The notes beneath the pieces were generated by a model. That model was not told the DNA's origin and did no database searches. It saw only the letters and a program-made list of their open reading frames with translations. Shown piece by piece: positions 63,067 through 64,000 of a stretch of DNA of 64,000 nt. The DNA is from Rhizodiscina lignyota (lineage: Eukaryota), in assembly GCA_010015805.1 (NCBI GenBank), contig ML978134.1, forward strand, positions 248,001-312,000. The letters run 5' to 3'. Both the position numbers and the translations under genes were made by a program. Within the stretch, counting starts at the first letter, position 1, and each line of letters begins with the position of its first letter.

Positions 63067-63344
63067 GCTGGATCGTCATTTGCCCTAGAGCTAGCCAAGT
63101 ATGGATGCAATGGCTTTAGACGAGGAGAGGACAGGTTTGCTACATATGGGAAACACATGGCACGCTCGGACGCGTTTGCTCGTGCTAATCAAACAGCAAT
63201 ATCATGCAAATTGCCTTTGGCTGGACTTGCTAACTGATCTCAAGAGTGGGCAAGATGAAGTTGAGCGATAGCTACGGTATATAGATCTACGGGAATACAA
63301 ACACTCCTCACTCAATGCATCTTGTGTTCATCATCGATGTTGTA

Positions 63345-64000
63345 CAATCTCAATAAATACATTCTCAAGCATATTCAATCAAACTTTCAGAGATAATCCC
63401 GCTTACTTCGAGGTTCAAGAACTGCTCAGACTTGGGCATTACAGCATGCCTGGCGGCCACATGTAGTAATGTACGCATACTCTCGCATCCCTCTATCACT
63501 TTGTCGCCCTCGTCTCCTCTTGTTATCATTGTCGTGACGCTACCCGCTTCCTCCAATCCTCGTTATGAGCATGTCGGACTACTGCTCCTCCTCCGATGAG
63601 TTCGACAATCCGCACACTCTCACCGAAACTGCGTCTCAGACTAAGTTTGCCTGCGGATTTCTCAGAAACATTAACGAAGAGACCGAGAACGAAGTGTGAA
63701 TATCGAGAACTACCACTTGGGAACGGTTGTGCCTCTCACCGAAGTTCACACAAGCGCTGGGTGGAACTGGTGAACATAAGGTACCGAAGAATCTAGAACC
63801 AAAGTTTCGGAGACAGTTTTGCTACCTTGATATACACTCCAAAGAAGACATAGTTGAACTTTCAGAGATAGTCTCGCTTACTCTGAGGCATTACAACTGC
63901 ACAGCATGCCCGGCAGCCACATTGTACACATACCAATGAACCTCGAACTAAACTTTCAGAGATAGTCTTGCTTGCCTTGATGTATATTCTGGAGATGACA
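63345..64000. repeat. Inverted copies of the 55-bp repeat family, running off the window end
   Basis: AAACTTTCAGAGATAATCCCGCT (~63381), AAAGTTTCGGAGACAGTTTTGCT (~63801), GAACTTTCAGAGATAGTCTCGCT (~63856) and AAACTTTCAGAGATAGTCTTGCT (~63950). Confidence 0.85.

Overview
Gene-dense eukaryotic DNA from a filamentous ascomycete (Pezizomycotina, probably Eurotiomycetes). The evidence is short GT-AG introns with CTRAY-type branch points and fungal-type housekeeping genes. The backbone comprises a partial SET methyltransferase, a flavin monooxygenase, an aftiphilin-like disordered protein, a peroxisomal acyl-CoA ligase, MRPL1, a CorA-like protein, a DUF1295 protein, MTHFR, PRP9/SF3A3, an LCCL protein, an acyltransferase-3, a glycosyltransferase-like protein, MCH1, a RING-TRAF protein, SYN8, SAL1 and cyclin C/SSN8. 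The most notable non-core features are: (i) an island at 41.8-53.3 kb of divergent candidate ubiquitin-ligase adaptors (four BTB + CxxC/CxxC genes and two F-box/LRR-like genes, one frameshifted), with a fifth BTB paralogue at 62-63 kb; (ii) a non-coding ~55-bp repeat family present as a 9-unit array at 9.3-9.7 kb and in inverted orientation at 45.7 kb and 63.3-64 kb; (iii) a cysteine-free thioredoxin-fold gene with strong codon bias; (iv) a 91-codon ORF overlapping the MCH1 start; (v) two intronless bacterial-type genes. No CRISPR array, rRNA, intact tRNA or intact transposase was recognised. All family calls come from motif recognition by eye, not from database searches.
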